Below, piece after piece: positions 61,525 to 64,000 of a stretch of 64,000 bases of DNA. Every line of letters starts with the position of its first letter. The stretch's first letter is position 1. Both the position numbers and the translations under genes were made by a program. The stretch is from the NCBI GenBank assembly GCA_033763905.1, contig JANRJP010000085.1:14276-78275 (forward strand), given 5' to 3'. The stretch is from Gemmatimonadaceae bacterium (GTDB lineage Bacteria > Gemmatimonadota > Gemmatimonadetes > Gemmatimonadales > Gemmatimonadaceae). Under the pieces are notes generated by a model that did no database searches, was not told where the DNA came from, and worked only from the letters and a program-made list of their open reading frames with translations.

Positions 61525-62003
61525 TCGCCTTGACGCTCAATGGCGCCGCGGTGGAACTCGATCTGCCGGACGACTTTCCCCTGCTCTGGGCGATTCGTCG
61601 CCAGGGTACACTCACCGGGACCAAGTTCGGCTGCGGCATCGCGGTGTGCGGGGCCTGTACCGTGCACGTCGACGGCGCTCCGGTGCGCTCCTGCTCGACG
61701 CCGATCGCCAGCGTCGCTGGCAAGTCGGTGACGACCATCGAAGGCTTGTCCGATCCCGTGGCCGCCGCGGTGCAGGCCGCCTGGACGTCATTGAACGTCG
61801 CGCAGTGCGGCTACTGCCAGAGCGGCCAGGTGATGGCGGCGACCGCGCTGCTGCGAAGCAACGCGTCCCCGACCGACGACGACATCACGGCGGCGCTCGA
61901 CGGCCATCTGTGTCGCTGCGGGGCCTACCCGCGCATTCGCGCGGCCGTGCACGACGCCGCGCGACGGCTCGCTACCCCAGCGTCAACGCCGACGGCGCGG
62001 TGA
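61521..62003 (+). CDS. [2Fe-2S] small subunit (IorA-like)
   Basis: TKFGCG...CGACTV, QCGYCQSG, LCRCG. Confidence 0.92.
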   Translation: MIALTLNGAAVELDLPDDFPLLWAIRRQGTLTGTKFGCGIAVCGACTVHVDGAPVRSCSTPIASVAGKSVTTIEGLSDPVAAAVQAAWTSLNVAQCGYCQSGQVMAATALLRSNASPTDDDITAALDGHLCRCGAYPRIRAAVHDAARRLATPASTPTAR

Positions 62004-62023
62004 CGTGTCGCTGGCGTCCGCGG

Positions 62024-63997
62024 CTACTTCGCCGCGGGACGCCAGGTGTTGTCGGCGGGGTTGGCGTCGGGAAAGCGCTTGCCCGGATCGAGCACGATCT
62101 CCTTCACCGTGGCACCCCGCACCGGGATCGACGCCGTGAAGCGGCGCGCGCCGGCGAACCACACATCCACCGGCCAGACCGCTTCGATCGTCTGCGCGTC
62201 GATCTGCCGCACGTTGGTGAGCTTGGGCAGCGTCGGCATCGCACCGTCGAACGTCACCCGCAGGACCACCGGTGACGGCATCTGCCCGTCCTGACGAACC
62301 ACCACCGACACCGCGGTCTTGCTCACCGTGGCGGACTCGATCGCGCCATCGACGCGTTCGGTCGTGAAGAGCCAGTAGTACCAGAACCAGCCCAAGTCGC
62401 GCTTGAGCGAACGGTTCATATGGAACATCCAATCCCACGGGGACGGATGCTTGAACTGCCACGACAGGGCGAACTCGCGATGGGCGCGCTGCACCGCCGA
62501 ATCGCCTACGATGCCGCCGAGCATCGACAACATCAGCGGCGTCTTCTGATACGTCGTGAAGCCGTAGAAGCCCGGACCCGCGTAGTTGGCGTTCCACATC
62601 ATCGGCGGCTCGGCTTCATTCCCACTCACCTGCCCGTACGACTGGCCGAGGCCGTCGAGCAGCGGCGGCTTCCCTTCGGCATCGGCGTCGGAGAGGATGT
62701 TCATGTACTGGTTGAAGCCTTCATCCATCCAGCCGTACCACGTTTCGTTGTTCCCCACGACCATTGGCCACCACTGGTGGCCGGTCTCGTGATCGGCCGC
62801 CCCCTGGTTGGAGTTGATGACCATCGGGTACTCCATTCCGGCGCTCGGACCGTCCTGCAGCGTCAACTGCGGGAAGGGGTACGGGAACCACAGCTTGGAG
62901 TAGAACTCCAGCGCGTGACGCGTGATCGGCCCAGCGTTGGCGAATTGGCGTGCGCGTCCGGGCAGATGCACCATATGAATCGGCACCACGCCCTTGGTCG
63001 GAATGGTGGCGCGCGTCGTCTTCCACACGAACTGCCGCGCACTCGCCCACGCAAAGTCGTTGACGCGCTCGGCCACGAAGCGCCAGCGCAGACGACCGTA
63101 GGCATCACCTGCCGCGGTGCTCTTTCCCGGGCCGCTCTCGTCCGGACCGACGATCGTCGTGATCGAGTCGCTGCCCAACGCCGCCGCTAACCGCGCGCGC
63201 GCCTGCGGTGTGAGCACCGCGTCCGGATTCTGCAGCACGCCGGTGCCGCTGACGATCCAGCCTGCGGGCACATCGATCGTGACATCGAATCGGCCAAAGT
63301 TGTTGTAGAACTCCGACGGGCCGAGGTAGAGCTCCGTGTCCCACATTCGCAGGTCATCGTGCTTGGCCACGCGCGGATACCACTGCGTCGGCTGAACGAG
63401 CGTGTCCCCCCAGCGCTGCGTCATCCGATGCCCCTGACCGGGACCACCGGGCAGGCGGTGCCGCCACTGCACGTCGAGGGCGATCGAGTCCCCCGATGGC
63501 ACGGGCTCGATCAAGCGAAGGCGCGCCGAGGTCGTTTGCCCGTTCATCAACCACGGCACGGTGGTCGAGGCCGTGCCGTCGAGCTTCACATCCTTCCCCG
63601 CCGCCTTGAGCGAGAGGATCGACATTCCATCGGTGTTTTCCGCCGGGACCCAGGGTGCCGCCCGTGGCACGTTGAAGCGGAAATGGTTCGGGTCCAGGCG
63701 CAGGGCGATCTGCGTCAGCGATTCGGGGCCGCGGTTGTGCACGACGATGCGCGCCGTCCCTTCCAGCCGGCTCGTGACCGTATCGAGCTTCACCGACATC
63801 GTGTAGTCGGCCTCGAGCTGCCAATACTTGGCTCCCGGCGCGCCAGACGAGTCGCGCGTGCCCGCCGCGTGGGCGCGGCGGATCGCGTTGGTCATCGGAA
63901 TGTCGCGCCGGATCGCGCGCTCGGGCAGCTTGGGCGCCGCCACCTGCGCGAGTGCTATCGACGGCGTCGTCAGGAGCACCACGAGGAGTCGCTTCAC
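62024..63997 (-). CDS. M1-family (gluzincin) metallopeptidase, secreted
   Basis: GMEYP, HETGHQWW...WMDEG; signal peptide MKRLLVVLL. Confidence 0.85.
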   Translation of the reverse strand: MKRLLVVLLTTPSIALAQVAAPKLPERAIRRDIPMTNAIRRAHAAGTRDSSGAPGAKYWQLEADYTMSVKLDTVTSRLEGTARIVVHNRGPESLTQIALRLDPNHFRFNVPRAAPWVPAENTDGMSILSLKAAGKDVKLDGTASTTVPWLMNGQTTSARLRLIEPVPSGDSIALDVQWRHRLPGGPGQGHRMTQRWGDTLVQPTQWYPRVAKHDDLRMWDTELYLGPSEFYNNFGRFDVTIDVPAGWIVSGTGVLQNPDAVLTPQARARLAAALGSDSITTIVGPDESGPGKSTAAGDAYGRLRWRFVAERVNDFAWASARQFVWKTTRATIPTKGVVPIHMVHLPGRARQFANAGPITRHALEFYSKLWFPYPFPQLTLQDGPSAGMEYPMVINSNQGAADHETGHQWWPMVVGNNETWYGWMDEGFNQYMNILSDADAEGKPPLLDGLGQSYGQVSGNEAEPPMMWNANYAGPGFYGFTTYQKTPLMLSMLGGIVGDSAVQRAHREFALSWQFKHPSPWDWMFHMNRSLKRDLGWFWYYWLFTTERVDGAIESATVSKTAVSVVVRQDGQMPSPVVLRVTFDGAMPTLPKLTNVRQIDAQTIEAVWPVDVWFAGARRFTASIPVRGATVKEIVLDPGKRFPDANPADNTWRPAAK

Positions 63998-64000
63998 GGG

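Overview
A high-GC, gene-dense bacterial chromosome segment. SusC/SusD-like genes, plug-only TonB-like proteins, many secreted peptidases and the minor-pilin style suggest Gemmatimonadota (inference only). I found no rRNA, tRNA, CRISPR array or mobile element. The left half (1-34 kb) holds a stand-alone infA, a VOC-HD fusion, argG, many exported hydrolases/peptidases, TonB-dependent receptors including a SusC/SusD/DUF4397 unit, and an ABC exporter. The right half (35-64 kb) holds a rhodanese-SDR-ACAD-kinase unit resembling lva/ACAD10-11 and a split phenylacetate cluster (paaABCD; paaGHIJYZ extended by a flavin-reductase-family gene and a P450). It also holds a fused 2-oxoacid dehydrogenase E1, phhA, a four-gene type IV minor-pilin cassette sitting where paaE usually follows paaD, and an IorAB-type molybdoenzyme. 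The best find is an unannotated 25-aa leader peptide with a Tyr-Tyr-Tyr run (52289-52212, minus strand). It has mutually exclusive 1:2, 2:3 and 3:4 hairpins and a U-tailed terminator directly upstream of phhA, so it looks like a tyrosine-sensing ribosome-mediated attenuator. A second window-wide signal is a TANNNT -10 box 5-6 nt before many start codons, which suggests leaderless mRNAs. All family calls come from motif recognition by eye, not database searches.
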